From positions 1-64,000 of IMG/VR virus record IMGVR_UViG_3300017977_000066: a DNA stretch of 64,000 nt; one strand, written 5' to 3'. Under the pieces are notes generated by a model that was not told the DNA's origin, made no database searches, and saw nothing but the letters and a program-made list of their open reading frames with translations. The stretch comes from a virus. Position numbers and translations under genes: made by a program. Positions 1 to 10,394 of this stretch are shown in pieces (position 1 is the first letter of the stretch; every line of letters starts with the position of its first letter).

Positions 1-195
1 CCTACTACTGCTCAAATTTTAGATAAGTCGATACATGTAGAGGCTAGCTCAGCTTCATATAGTAATGGTACATTAAATACTACTTACCAAAACTACTCTA
101 AACAATCTAGAGCAGTACAACGTAAGTTAACTGCTACTGAACCTAATGTTAATGTAACATCAGACTTAGTAACTAATTTAACTAAAGTTTTATAA
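1..195 (+). CDS. 3' end of a gene cut by the window edge (possibly tail-fibre related)
   Basis: Open frame 1 from base 1 to TAA 193-195 (PTTAQILDK...NLTKVL*), followed by hairpin ctataggtc-ctaa-gacctatag. Confidence 0.5.
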   Translation, partial: PTTAQILDKSIHVEASSASYSNGTLNTTYQNYSKQSRAVQRKLTATEPNVNVTSDLVTNLTKVL

Positions 196-234
196 TACTA
201 TAGGTCCTAAGACCTATAGTTACAAGGAAAGACT

Positions 235-510
235 ATGTATAATGAAAACTTAACTGGAACAGATACAACATCTCCAAAATGGGTTTTAGATTTGAAATCT
301 ACAGTTAGACCGTTCTTAACGTATTTATTTACATTACTATACACATATGCATTTATAACTAAAGTAGATATGGAAAGGTTCGGTTCATTAACAAATATCA
401 TGATACTTATAATCGTGTTTTGGTTTGGTGATAGAGTATTAAAAAATTTAGGTGGAGCTGATGTATTAAAAGCCCTACTAACAAAAAGGAAAGAGAATGA
501 AAAATCGTGA
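235..510 (+). CDS. Holin-like membrane protein (3TM/GTA holin-like family)
   Basis: Two hydrophobic segments bracketed by VRPFLTY and FWFGDR motifs typical of that family; basic C-terminus; RBS aagga. Confidence 0.6.
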   Translation: MYNENLTGTDTTSPKWVLDLKSTVRPFLTYLFTLLYTYAFITKVDMERFGSLTNIMILIIVFWFGDRVLKNLGGADVLKALLTKRKENEKS

Positions 511-898
511 TGATGTGAATGACTTTAAATATGACTTCAGCCCTACAAAAGAGGGTAGTTTTGGTTTTGAACATAAGATAGAGCCTAAGGTTTTATCTGG
601 TAAGAAAGCTAAGAAGTATAACGATAAAAATACAGTTGTTATCACTGTTAATGGTAGCGATTATAAAGCTGATACTGTTTCTATGTCATATATGACTTCG
701 GTACTTGCTATTGCTAATGGTAAGTTTAACTTAGGGCTTGCTGCTGGTATGGCTGCTGCAGATCTTAAAGCTGCTATATATGACCAAGAGATACCTTGGG
801 CTGATAGATTAGGTAATGCTACTTTTATCAAGATCTCTGATATCCCAGATGCTATAGAAACAGCTATGCATAAAATATCTGCGATAGTTGTAAAATAA
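497..898 (+). CDS. Hypothetical protein, possibly tail-fibre assembly/DUF4376-like
   Basis: ITVNGSDYKADTVS...IPWAD pattern resembles tail-fibre chaperone-type proteins. Confidence 0.35.
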   Translation: MKNRDDVNDFKYDFSPTKEGSFGFEHKIEPKVLSGKKAKKYNDKNTVVITVNGSDYKADTVSMSYMTSVLAIANGKFNLGLAAGMAAADLKAAIYDQEIPWADRLGNATFIKISDIPDAIETAMHKISAIVVK

Positions 899-908
899 AA
901 AAACATAT

Positions 909-938
909 ATAGTTAGATGGTATATACCATCTAACTAT
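909..938. terminator. Bidirectional terminator (perfect 30-bp palindrome) between convergent genes
   Basis: atagttagatggtat|ataccatctaactat. Confidence 0.7.
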
Positions 939-940
939 AG

Positions 941-1168
941 TTATTTCATTTTTGACTCATATTTTATTTTTATAGCATTAAGTAATAAAGCTTTATCATC
1001 GCTTAGCTTATTTACATAAGACTCTTTTAAGAACCCTATATTATCCATATCATTCTTAGTAATAACTAAGTTCCTGATGATATTTTGTACTTCATCAACA
1101 TACTTTTTTAAAAGACCTTTATTAAAAGCCTCTACATGCTCGCCATATGTCAGTTCTTTATCATCCAT
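941..1168 (-). CDS. Hypothetical protein downstream of nrdB
   Basis: ORF track 941..1189; RBS aaggag favours the MDDKE start at 1168. Confidence 0.55.
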   Translation of the reverse strand: MDDKELTYGEHVEAFNKGLLKKYVDEVQNIIRNLVITKNDMDNIGFLKESYVNKLSDDKALLLNAIKIKYESKMK

Positions 1169-1178
1169 AGTATCTCCT

Positions 1179-2294
1179 TTATATGTCATACTCTATAGGA
1201 TCATTACCATAATCAGCTACATTAGCTTCAAAGAAATTACTTCTAGATTTATTAGCATCCTCACCACCTTTTAGATGTGAAGTTAATAATCTATTTAATG
1301 GATCATACTCATGCTTATCGAACATAGGTTCTAGTCTTAAATTCTTACATACACTATTAGCCCTACCTTCTATGAAGATATCTATAGTAGCATCACTGAA
1401 CCCTTCTAAACCTTTAGATGCATATCTAGTCCATGCTTTCTCAGCTTCAACCATCTTACCTATGACATCATAGATGCTGTCTTTTATACGCTCTGGAACT
1501 TGGTTATAGAACTCTTCTGCTAATATCTGTCTGAAGATATGTTTAAACAACTCTACATGAGATAAAGTTTCATCTTTTTGTATCTCGGCTATCATAGCAC
1601 TACTACCAGGAAGATCTCTCTCTAAGCTATGTATAACAACGAAGCCTCCTGGGAATACTAGTTCTTCTAATACTTGATTAGCAGCACATGCCAATAGCAT
1701 ATCCTCGTTACTAGGGCGATACTCTATCTTTAAGATATCATGTTTGATATAATTAAACATAGCATTGATTTTATTAGTAGTATAAGGTTTGTTTAATACC
1801 TCATACATATCTTCAACAGCTTTGTTCTTCTTAGCCAATGCTTCATCATTTTTAGCCATGTCATAAATACGAGATGTATCTTGTGCTATATCCTCTGCCA
1901 TAACAGCATAACTATAACTATGGTTAACCTCTTCCATATCTTGTGTTATAAGACAAGCATTGATGATGGGAGATGTTACATAAGGGTTGATCCTATCTGC
2001 TAACTGGTTAGACTGTATGCTATCATTAGCTATAAGTTGTGCTAGTACTAGATCATAACTTCTTAACTTACGGCTATTTAAGTTCTGATAAGATACTATA
2101 TCTTTACTGATATCTACCTGATTAGGGAACCATGTTCTATCTTTCATTTTTAGATAAATCTCAGTAGCCCAAGCGTGATTGGTTCTATTAAAATCCATAA
2201 CACCCGTAGGGTTACCCCCTAATACTCTTGCATCATTGATACTCTCATTGGACATCTGATTAAATATCTTTTTTCTATTTAACTTCTTTAACAT
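1179..2294 (-). CDS. nrdB: Ribonucleotide reductase class Ia beta subunit
   Basis: W-F-P motif, DSIQ, EEVNHSYSY (ExxH plus radical Tyr), LEELVFPGGF, DETLSH, C-terminal NFFE..VADY. Confidence 0.95.
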   Translation of the reverse strand: MLKKLNRKKIFNQMSNESINDARVLGGNPTGVMDFNRTNHAWATEIYLKMKDRTWFPNQVDISKDIVSYQNLNSRKLRSYDLVLAQLIANDSIQSNQLADRINPYVTSPIINACLITQDMEEVNHSYSYAVMAEDIAQDTSRIYDMAKNDEALAKKNKAVEDMYEVLNKPYTTNKINAMFNYIKHDILKIEYRPSNEDMLLACAANQVLEELVFPGGFVVIHSLERDLPGSSAMIAEIQKDETLSHVELFKHIFRQILAEEFYNQVPERIKDSIYDVIGKMVEAEKAWTRYASKGLEGFSDATIDIFIEGRANSVCKNLRLEPMFDKHEYDPLNRLLTSHLKGGEDANKSRSNFFEANVADYGNDPIEYDI

Positions 2295-2303
2295 AAAAAC
2301 TCC

Positions 2304-4460
2304 TTAGTTATTACAGCCTACACAGCTTACTTTAAATTCTGTTTTACTATTTTCTTTCTTGTTCTCAGGTGCTCTTGTTCTAAAATAGTAGATAGAAACC
2401 ATGCCTACTTTCCAAGCCTCTATGATCATCTCTTTAACTTTACTAGCTTTAAGTTTAACCTTAGTAGTATCCTCATAGATATTAAAACTAACGGCTTGAT
2501 CTATATGCTTCTGTCTAACACCATTAGCTCTGATAAGTTTCATAGTTTCAGTTTCGAATGGGCTATCGTAATAAGGGAAGTTATTAGCATTAATGTTAGG
2601 CGCTGTTAATGGGAAAGATCCTAATAGATTCTCTTCTGTCCATATCCTATCAAAAGCTTGTTCATGAGAGTTAGTTGTTCCTACGAATAATGCAGATGTA
2701 CTATTAGGTGCTACTGCAAGCCTATAGGCATTTCTTTCACCAGGTATGATGCAAGAACCTTTCTCTATAGCGAGTTCTTTACTAGCTTCCCTACTAGCAG
2801 TATCTATAGCACCCCATATCTTATCTAATAACTCTAGATGCTCATCACTACCATATCTGATAGCAAGGTTAGCCATGAGCTCTGCTTCACCTACAGTTCC
2901 TATACCAGTAGATCTTCTCTCTTTCTGAGTAGTTTCAGATTCTTCACTAGGATACTTAGTGATATCTATACTATTATCTAATCCTCTTTGTAGTAGTTTT
3001 GTATAATATGCTAGTCTAGAGAAGTTCTCTTCAGTCATACCTGTTTTAAATATTCTAGCAAGATTTAGACTTCCTAGATTACATACAGCAGTTTTAGCCG
3101 GAGTAGTAGGTTGTGCTATCTCTGTACAGAGATTTAAAGCTCTGATGATACCTAACTCTTTATGAGGGTTGTTCCTATTGCTATTACCTATATAGTGTAA
3201 GAATGGAACTCCTTCTTTACCCATACTAGGGATGATGTGATTCTTGAATAGATCGTTAACTAAGATAGTTTCTGTAAAATCATTGAATCTATCTGGCTTA
3301 GTTTTGAACTCCTCTTCATATTCTGTATAACGAGCTGTAAATGCTTCGCCATAAAGTTCTTTAAGATCAGGAACATCATAAGGATCAAATAGAGTCATAG
3401 TAGAACCCTCTACCATCCATCGCTCTATGATGAAGTCTTCTATATTTAAAGCTGGGAATAACTCTCTAGCTCTTCTTCTCTCTTCACCATTTTTCTTTTT
3501 AAGATCTATGAAATCTTTCATATCTATATCCCAGGCATGTATGGTTACTGAAAAAGCACCAGGCCTATTCCGTCTTTGGTCTACTGCTATACTGATATCA
3601 TTGTCTACTTTTAAGAACGGTATCTTACCACCAGCAACGCCTTTCTTACCATCTATATAAGAACCTTTACTTCTAACCCAAGACCAATCTTGACCCCATC
3701 CACTACCTAGACTACTTCCAGTAGCTATCTCTGTATACTTATCGAAGATACCAACTATACTATCAGGAATGCTATCTATGAGACATGAAATAGTACTACC
3801 ACCTTTAACCCTACCATAACTATTTATAGGAGTAGCATTTACTATATAGAACTGACTACTAGCATCATAGTACTCTTTAGCCCAATGTAGTTTTTCTTTC
3901 TCATTCTGCATGAGATACATAGCTACTGCCATATGCATGTGCTGTGGTAGCTCTATCTGTTTACCCAAGCCATTCTTTAATAGATATCTAGTTATACATG
4001 TATCGGAACCTACGAAATCAAACAGGTTATCTCTATCACTATCTATGAAACTATCAAGGGCTATCACATCGCCAGCAGTATAGCTCTTATACCAATCTGA
4101 TAAAAGATTCAGTCTACTAGCTTTTTTAATATAATCTTTTAATTTTATTAATTTATAAACATCTCCAGAGACTTTCTTATCTAGATATATATGTTTAATA
4201 CTATGGTATAATCTATAAGTGTTTAATCTAGCAGCAACAAATGTCCAATCAGGTACATCCACATCTATGAGGTCTAGTGCAGTCTTGATAGTTATCTTAC
4301 TTATATCAGATGTACTTATACCGTCTGTCATAGGGATCTTGATGTGTTCATTCAAAATTTCTTTATCTACATTTAACCCATGACAAGCTGGTATTATTTG
4401 TTTGTCAATGTGGTCAAAATTCATGGCTTCTTTTTTACCATTAGCTTTAGTTACTTTCAT
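2304..4460 (-). CDS. nrdA: Ribonucleotide reductase class I alpha subunit
   Basis: N-terminal ATP cone (VTKANGKKE), NATP, ISC, NLCTEI, CNLGSLNL, APNSTS, DQAVS, YYFR, C-terminal CVGC. Confidence 0.95.
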   Translation of the reverse strand: MKVTKANGKKEAMNFDHIDKQIIPACHGLNVDKEILNEHIKIPMTDGISTSDISKITIKTALDLIDVDVPDWTFVAARLNTYRLYHSIKHIYLDKKVSGDVYKLIKLKDYIKKASRLNLLSDWYKSYTAGDVIALDSFIDSDRDNLFDFVGSDTCITRYLLKNGLGKQIELPQHMHMAVAMYLMQNEKEKLHWAKEYYDASSQFYIVNATPINSYGRVKGGSTISCLIDSIPDSIVGIFDKYTEIATGSSLGSGWGQDWSWVRSKGSYIDGKKGVAGGKIPFLKVDNDISIAVDQRRNRPGAFSVTIHAWDIDMKDFIDLKKKNGEERRRARELFPALNIEDFIIERWMVEGSTMTLFDPYDVPDLKELYGEAFTARYTEYEEEFKTKPDRFNDFTETILVNDLFKNHIIPSMGKEGVPFLHYIGNSNRNNPHKELGIIRALNLCTEIAQPTTPAKTAVCNLGSLNLARIFKTGMTEENFSRLAYYTKLLQRGLDNSIDITKYPSEESETTQKERRSTGIGTVGEAELMANLAIRYGSDEHLELLDKIWGAIDTASREASKELAIEKGSCIIPGERNAYRLAVAPNSTSALFVGTTNSHEQAFDRIWTEENLLGSFPLTAPNINANNFPYYDSPFETETMKLIRANGVRQKHIDQAVSFNIYEDTTKVKLKASKVKEMIIEAWKVGMVSIYYFRTRAPENKKENSKTEFKVSCVGCNN

Positions 4461-4553
4461 TCAGTATCTCCTAATTTTTAGTTCAAAATAAGTCCGCTTT
4501 TAACAATTAAAACACAAATCATTTATTTGAAAAAAACACCATAAGGACTACCC

Positions 4554-4943
4554 GTGAAAAATAGTTTAACAGAAGAGATAAAACGAGATTTAACATTCTC
4601 TAAAATAAAGCGTTGGATATCATTAATCATTATGATAGCTATATTTATAGGATACTATATTAGTACCGATCCTGATAATAAATTCATGCAGAACTTACCA
4701 TTTGGAGCTCCTCTTATATTAACACTTAATATATTCGTTATAGCCATCATAGGCATAGTTGTTATAGAGTTCATACCTGACTATTTTGTAGATAAGATAT
4801 ATGGTAAAGAAGAGTTACTTAGATTAGAAGCTATTAAAACACCTGAAGGTGCTGGTACTGCCATGTTAGCTAAATCTGTTAGAATCTTAGCCTATAGTAT
4901 CATACTTGCAGCTAGTATCGTATCTTATAACATTATAGGATAA
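4554..4943 (+). CDS. Membrane protein with three predicted TM segments, holin candidate
   Basis: Three hydrophobic stretches; GTG start with aagga RBS; near the endolysin candidate. Confidence 0.5.
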   Translation: MKNSLTEEIKRDLTFSKIKRWISLIIMIAIFIGYYISTDPDNKFMQNLPFGAPLILTLNIFVIAIIGIVVIEFIPDYFVDKIYGKEELLRLEAIKTPEGAGTAMLAKSVRILAYSIILAASIVSYNIIG

Positions 4944-4946
4944 TAC

Positions 4947-5954
4947 ATGCTTGCACCAAATTATAATATAGGTATAACTACTTTCACTAACCTCCTATTG
5001 CTATACGGGACTTCGTCATCTGGTAGAGATGATAGGGTTAAGAATCTTTTTGATAGATTAAGTAGGTTCTTAGATAGTACTAACATAACTGAAGATAAGC
5101 TATATCAACTTCTAGTTAGTTTATATAACGATATAGTCATAGATAGGAGAAATAGCTATATATCAGATATAACTAAAAGTAAAGAGTTACTCATGTTCTT
5201 ACCATTAAGAATAAACTTAACTGTATATGAAGATGGTTACGGATATCTATTTGCTAATGAGAAGGCATTTTATATAAATGCCGATCTAGTAGCTATGCTA
5301 AAGGATGATGTCTTAACAAGTTTAAAACCTCTAGGCTATGAGGAGCTAAATAAACTTACTAAGAAGCATTTTAACATATCCACTACTGATGAGTCGTATG
5401 AGTTAAGTTCTAACCTTTTAAGACTATTAGAATGTGGTATACCAACTGAAGACGCTATGTCTCTAGAATCTCATGATGATTACGTTTATATCACTACTAA
5501 TTTACCTATGGAACTACAGGATCTTTTTACTGACCATATAGACAATATACGATATGTTAACTCTACTAAAGATAGTATCATAAACTGGATACCAGATTCA
5601 TTAATTACTGATATCATAAACATTAATTTAACTGATCTAACATATGCTGTTAGTAGGGATGTCTGCAATAGAGTTAAAGCTACTTATAACACATATGGTA
5701 AGAGAGCGGCATACGAGGTATGTCTAAATATCTTAACTAGTACTTGGAGAGATGGCGATCTAACTTATGTTATAAAAGACTTCCCATTTTTAGAAAGTAT
5801 AACTAACATAACTTCTGTTGCTTTTATAAAGACTTTAGCAGTAGGACTAAGGAGTGAAATAAATACTATTCCTTATAGTGAAGATGGTCTTTATTATAAA
5901 GATAAGGTTAAAGTTATAGAAACGATTAAAGAAAAACTTAATATATTAGGTTAG
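4947..5954 (+). CDS. Hypothetical protein
   Basis: 335-aa ORF following the previous gene by 3 bp. Confidence 0.7.
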   Translation: MLAPNYNIGITTFTNLLLLYGTSSSGRDDRVKNLFDRLSRFLDSTNITEDKLYQLLVSLYNDIVIDRRNSYISDITKSKELLMFLPLRINLTVYEDGYGYLFANEKAFYINADLVAMLKDDVLTSLKPLGYEELNKLTKKHFNISTTDESYELSSNLLRLLECGIPTEDAMSLESHDDYVYITTNLPMELQDLFTDHIDNIRYVNSTKDSIINWIPDSLITDIININLTDLTYAVSRDVCNRVKATYNTYGKRAAYEVCLNILTSTWRDGDLTYVIKDFPFLESITNITSVAFIKTLAVGLRSEINTIPYSEDGLYYKDKVKVIETIKEKLNILG

Positions 5955-5973
5955 CCTAGGCTAACCTAATATA
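5942..5973. terminator. Perfect 32-bp palindrome carrying both convergent stop codons; bidirectional terminator candidate
   Basis: tatattaggttagcct|aggctaacctaatata. Confidence 0.7.
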
Positions 5974-6317
5974 GTTGTTTCTAATTCTAAATTATTTTCT
6001 ATAGATTCGAAGAGATCTAATATCTCTCTTTTAAACGCTTCCTCAGTAAGTCTATGAAGCTTTAGTGTATCTTCTTCATACATACTGGCTCTGAGTAAGC
6101 CTAAAAATGCATCGGTACCGATTGCAGTCATATAGCATAGTCCAGTAGGTCTTTTCATTTCTTTAGGGTACATATGACTATGTCTTATATTAAACTTAGT
6201 TTCTATTTCACTTATAAGCATAACCCTGCTTTTGATTCTTTTATCATTAATAGTTCTTTTACTAAAACTTATATTAAAGATGACTGCCTTAGTATCGTTA
6301 TTTAAAATCACTTTCAT
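5961..6317 (-). CDS. Hypothetical protein
   Basis: 118-aa ORF with ggaag RBS. Confidence 0.6.
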   Translation of the reverse strand: MKVILNNDTKAVIFNISFSKRTINDKRIKSRVMLISEIETKFNIRHSHMYPKEMKRPTGLCYMTAIGTDAFLGLLRASMYEEDTLKLHRLTEEAFKREILDLFESIENNLELETTILG

Positions 6318-6385
6318 AATGCTACTTCCATATGTATTTTATTTTATTAGAATGATATTCTAATCAATTAAAAAAAGGATCATAA

Positions 6386-7150
6386 ATGAAATTTATCTTA
6401 TTAATACTATCCATATTTACATTACATGCTGGATGTGATTATAAAACATATATACCAGATAAGGCTAAAGAGCTGTTCCCTATTATAGAAGAAGCTAATG
6501 AGAACATCATACCTAGTATATATACTCCTTGGTATTTTAGTTCTCTCATAGAACATGAGTCTTGTGTACAACTATGTGGTAAAAGTTATTGGGCTAGGAA
6601 ATGTTGGAACCCTACATCTAGGTTAAAAACTTATTGGGATAAAAGTAAGACTAAGAATAGAGAAGAAGGGGCTGGGTTGTTACAGTTAACAAGAGCTTGG
6701 CATAGAGATGGTAGACTTAGACTAGATACCATCAACCATCTAAGAAAAAGATATCCTAAACAGCTACATGAGTTAAACTGGGATAATGTATATGAGAGAC
6801 CTGATCTACAGCTACAAGCAGGGTTATTGTTATGGAGAGATAATGATCACATGCTTAATAAGAACATAACTGGGTATAACAGATTATGGTTCTTAGACTC
6901 TATATATAACGGAGGCTCTAGACTGTTATTAAAAGAGAGAACTAAGTGTAAGCTTATGAAAGGCTGCGACCCTACTATATGGTTCGGTAATGTAGCCGAT
7001 GTTAACTGTAGAGGACATAAAATATTATATGGTAAAAGAACAGCTTGGGATATCAACAGGCACCATGTTAAAGATGTTAAGGCTAGGATGGAGAAATACA
7101 AAGATCTCTATACGGATAAAGAGTATAAAATAATACAACTAGATAAGTAA
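6386..7150 (+). CDS. Lytic transglycosylase (SLT/GH23-like) with N-terminal signal peptide; endolysin candidate
   Basis: IEHESC (catalytic Glu), EEGAGLLQLT, YNGG; N-terminus MKFILLILSIFTLHA. Confidence 0.8.
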   Translation: MKFILLILSIFTLHAGCDYKTYIPDKAKELFPIIEEANENIIPSIYTPWYFSSLIEHESCVQLCGKSYWARKCWNPTSRLKTYWDKSKTKNREEGAGLLQLTRAWHRDGRLRLDTINHLRKRYPKQLHELNWDNVYERPDLQLQAGLLLWRDNDHMLNKNITGYNRLWFLDSIYNGGSRLLLKERTKCKLMKGCDPTIWFGNVADVNCRGHKILYGKRTAWDINRHHVKDVKARMEKYKDLYTDKEYKIIQLDK

Positions 7151-7151
7151 G

Positions 7152-7187
7152 CTATATACTAAGTAGGAAAACCTACTTAGTATATAG
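7152..7187 (+). terminator. Intrinsic terminator hairpin
   Basis: ctatatactaagtagg-aaaa-cctacttagtatatag right after the stop codon. Confidence 0.7.
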
Positions 7188-7222
7188 ATAATTATATTTA
7201 TGTTTCCATATTTTTTCAGTTA

Positions 7223-7240
7223 TATATTACTTATGTGAAC
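7223..7240 (+). promoter_or_regulatory. phiKZ-type early promoter
   Basis: TATATTACttatgtga; one of 14 intergenic copies. Confidence 0.8.
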
Positions 7241-7266
7241 TTAGAACTTAAATAAAAAAAGGGGTT

Positions 7267-7515
7267 ATGATGGAATTGTCATTAGGTAAATTAAATATAG
7301 AGGAACAAAAGATCCTCGAGATAATGACTGAAGATACTGATGAAGTAGAATCAGTCGCCAGGAATAAGTGTGTGGAGGTATGCACTTATTACTATACGTG
7401 TGCCATATTGAGTGAAGTCTGTGAAGACTTCACTCCTTACGAGACAATAGCAGTCGACTGCATGTCTATGCAGAAGGATTGTCTTGACTTTCTCCTCAGT
7501 AAGGTACGTGTTTAG
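7267..7515 (+). CDS. Small acidic Cys-rich early protein
   Basis: Directly behind early promoter and RBS aagggg. Confidence 0.7.
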   Translation: MMELSLGKLNIEEQKILEIMTEDTDEVESVARNKCVEVCTYYYTCAILSEVCEDFTPYETIAVDCMSMQKDCLDFLLSKVRV

Positions 7516-7526
7516 TCCGCGTATCT

Positions 7527-8198
7527 TTATTTTTTAGTTTTACTGTTATAGAATTCTTCATACCACGTATATAAATTATCGTATGTTAGTTTACCATCTT
7601 TAGCTAATTCTTCAGCCATAACGAAGAATGTTTCATTATCTTCTTTACCATCAATAACCTTAACATAGCTACCATCTTTATAGCCATGGTTCTGTCTGAA
7701 TATATTTAATGCATTTTTAACTAGATACATGCTATAGAGTTCAGATACATCCATATCCATCCTAGCTAAGACATTGAAGAATGTCGTGAACTTATCTTTA
7801 TCACTCCTATCGTTACATAACGAGCTCTGCATGATGTGCTCTATAAGAACTAGGATATCAGCACCTCTAATAACAATATCGTCTTTTAAAAGACACTCTT
7901 CTGTAAGTGCGACACAATCATTTAAACTATGATTCTCTAACATAAAAGACATAAGGAAATGAAATATATCCACTATCTCTACTTTAGCATTAGCTATATC
8001 AGGTTTAGCACTGATATCTTTCCAGTGTTTATATGGGAATGATTCTAATAGCTCAGCTGCTTCCATAACTATATATCTTTCCCAGTTAATAACTCTACCC
8101 TCATCAGTAATACCTGACTTCCAATTAGCGCCACAAGTTTTAATGTTTAGTTTATCTTGCAATCTGAACATCTCTTCTAACATCTTTCTATTTTTCAT
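7527..8198 (-). CDS. dut: Dimeric all-alpha dUTPase (dUTPase_2, Campylobacter-type)
   Basis: LQDKLN, MEAAELLES, YKHWK, VEIVDIFHF, KNALNIFRQNHGYKDGSYVK, GKEDN. Confidence 0.9.
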   Translation of the reverse strand: MKNRKMLEEMFRLQDKLNIKTCGANWKSGITDEGRVINWERYIVMEAAELLESFPYKHWKDISAKPDIANAKVEIVDIFHFLMSFMLENHSLNDCVALTEECLLKDDIVIRGADILVLIEHIMQSSLCNDRSDKDKFTTFFNVLARMDMDVSELYSMYLVKNALNIFRQNHGYKDGSYVKVIDGKEDNETFFVMAEELAKDGKLTYDNLYTWYEEFYNSKTKK

Positions 8199-9604
8199 TA
8201 TTTCTTACCTTTTCTTATTTTTTTAATCACTCTGTTACTATAGTAGTTATTAGTATATAATAGACTACCATCATTAGCTATCACTATGGTTTTATAAATA
8301 TACATAGGGCCAGCATCCCTTATCGCTAGTACTACTTTAGGTTCTTTAGACTCTAACTTCTTAAGTAGGTTCCTAGGAGGTAGGTCATATCTAAGCCTTA
8401 TATTTAGTTTAGCATATTCTAGTTTATAACTTAGTTTAAACTTGTCATTAATGATTTCCTTTTTGATGATATTTTTATCTTTATCACTAGTTTCATAGAT
8501 AAGATCTGTTATATCTATATATTGTTCCTTAGTAGGCCCATCTCTTACATATGTATCTACTTCATTCCTAATAACATCCATGTTCCCCATAACTTTTCTA
8601 GAGAGACCAGTTGGGTAAAGTTCTTTAGCTAACTCTACTCCAGTTAAAGTCATAACTGAAACATATGGTTTATATACTATAGTAACTACGTGCTCTCCAT
8701 ATTTTAAATAATCAAAAAGATTCTTCTTATTAGTCATGTTCTGCATGTTAAGTATATAAGGAACATAGAAGTCCTTAAGAGTTTCCCTAACCTTAGTTAT
8801 GATATCTTGTACTAACTGATCTGGTTGTGGTAACTCTAGTACAGTATAGACAACATCATTAACTTTCTTACCTATATCTGACTCTGATTTATAATTAAGT
8901 CCATAATAGACATTATTATCAGCATCGTCTGGATAGAATCTTATTAGCTGTTTAAAATGGAATATGTCTACATCTAGTACAGGAAGTTTCCAGAAATCTA
9001 TACCGCCATCTAATAAATATTCTGCTTGTTCATCATGAGCTAGATATCTTTGCCTACCCATATTAGCTAATAGATCAGCTCTATCATTACCTAGGTTCTC
9101 TGAATGAGCTGGAACCTTACCTATCTTTAAAGAGAAGTGTTGTTTAGCATATAAGAAGTCTTTATATAAAGCATCTACTTCATCTACATTAGCTTTAACA
9201 TCTTCTATAAAGAATGTCTCTTTAAGCATCTTGTTAATGAAGTTTAAGCAATATGTACTATCTGCTAATATAGTAACCTCTTCTACTTCTAGGTCATCTT
9301 TCTCATTAAGTATGACGATAGCTTTATAAGCCTGCTTTATAGCATCTAGTTCAGCTTGGTTATTAGTAGTAGACTCTTTGTTATAGCCATATATCTCATA
9401 CACTCTATAGAGACCAACTTCATTTAACTCTTTATCTTTTTTGATCTCAGGCTTTAATAAATAACCCATATCTGTAAGTCCATATTTAGTGAAGACATTC
9501 TTAGGTTTAACATCTTCATCTAGTATGACTATATGTACACCATACCCAGTATCACCTGAATTATTATTAGCACTACCATCAGTGTAAATTAACGCTTTTC
9601 GCAT
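8198..9604 (-). CDS. rnhA: RNase HI with long C-terminal extension (phiKZ-like type)
   Basis: YTDGSA, TNNQAEL, ADSTY, VPAHSENLGNDRADLLA. Confidence 0.9.
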   Translation of the reverse strand: MRKALIYTDGSANNNSGDTGYGVHIVILDEDVKPKNVFTKYGLTDMGYLLKPEIKKDKELNEVGLYRVYEIYGYNKESTTNNQAELDAIKQAYKAIVILNEKDDLEVEEVTILADSTYCLNFINKMLKETFFIEDVKANVDEVDALYKDFLYAKQHFSLKIGKVPAHSENLGNDRADLLANMGRQRYLAHDEQAEYLLDGGIDFWKLPVLDVDIFHFKQLIRFYPDDADNNVYYGLNYKSESDIGKKVNDVVYTVLELPQPDQLVQDIITKVRETLKDFYVPYILNMQNMTNKKNLFDYLKYGEHVVTIVYKPYVSVMTLTGVELAKELYPTGLSRKVMGNMDVIRNEVDTYVRDGPTKEQYIDITDLIYETSDKDKNIIKKEIINDKFKLSYKLEYAKLNIRLRYDLPPRNLLKKLESKEPKVVLAIRDAGPMYIYKTIVIANDGSLLYTNNYYSNRVIKKIRKGKK

Positions 9605-9667
9605 AGCAAACTCCTTTCATTCAGTTAAATGTCTTGACATATAAAAACATTTTTTAAGGAAACCCCC

Positions 9668-10276
9668 ATGAATACCATAACTCCTCCAGTTAATCTAAAA
9701 GGAACATTTAAACTAAAAGCACCTTTAAACACATTAATAAATCCTAATGTAGTATATAGTGTTAGTAAAGTAAGTACAATAACATCACTCATAAATGATG
9801 GTATAAATGTAGAGCAGTTCATATATAAAGATAATGGCTTAACAACAGCTGATTATATAATAGCTCTAGAGAAACAAATATCTATAGTAACACTAATAAC
9901 AGAAGGTGGGTCTGTAACTGATATACCTGCTGACTACATTAGTTATATGCCTCAGATATCAGGTAAGGTTTTTATTAATAAAGCTTTCATTGTCAATGTT
10001 GGGTATGTTCCTAGTGAGTTAGATATAAGCTTCCTTGTTAATGAGTTCAATGACCTAGTTAATACTCAGCTAGGTGTAGAAAACGAAGTTACTATAGAAG
10101 ACATCTCTGGTAAGCTTATACTTAGTAATGATGAATACAATACCTATGAAAACAATAGGGTTGCTAGGATATCTAATAGGGATACTTGTAGGGGTAATTT
10201 AGAGAAAGCTCTAACTTTATTGGCTACGTATAAAGAGAAGATGAGGGTTCTTGTAAATAAGCTAGAGAACATTTGA
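9668..10276 (+). CDS. Putative virion structural protein
   Basis: 202-aa ORF with aagga RBS; N-terminus TPPVNLKGTFKLKAP resembles phiKZ-like structural proteins (from recall). Confidence 0.45.
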   Translation: MNTITPPVNLKGTFKLKAPLNTLINPNVVYSVSKVSTITSLINDGINVEQFIYKDNGLTTADYIIALEKQISIVTLITEGGSVTDIPADYISYMPQISGKVFINKAFIVNVGYVPSELDISFLVNEFNDLVNTQLGVENEVTIEDISGKLILSNDEYNTYENNRVARISNRDTCRGNLEKALTLLATYKEKMRVLVNKLENI

Positions 10277-10344
10277 TGAATAAAGATGTTTGGATGATGA
10301 TTTCCTTATTAGGCTATATAGGTACATCCATATTATTTCAGTTA

Positions 10345-10360
10345 TATATTACTTATAAGA
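10345..10360 (+). promoter_or_regulatory. phiKZ-type early promoter
   Basis: TATATTACttataaga. Confidence 0.75.
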
Positions 10361-10394
10361 TCCTAGTTGATTAAAATATAATAAGGAGTCAGTT

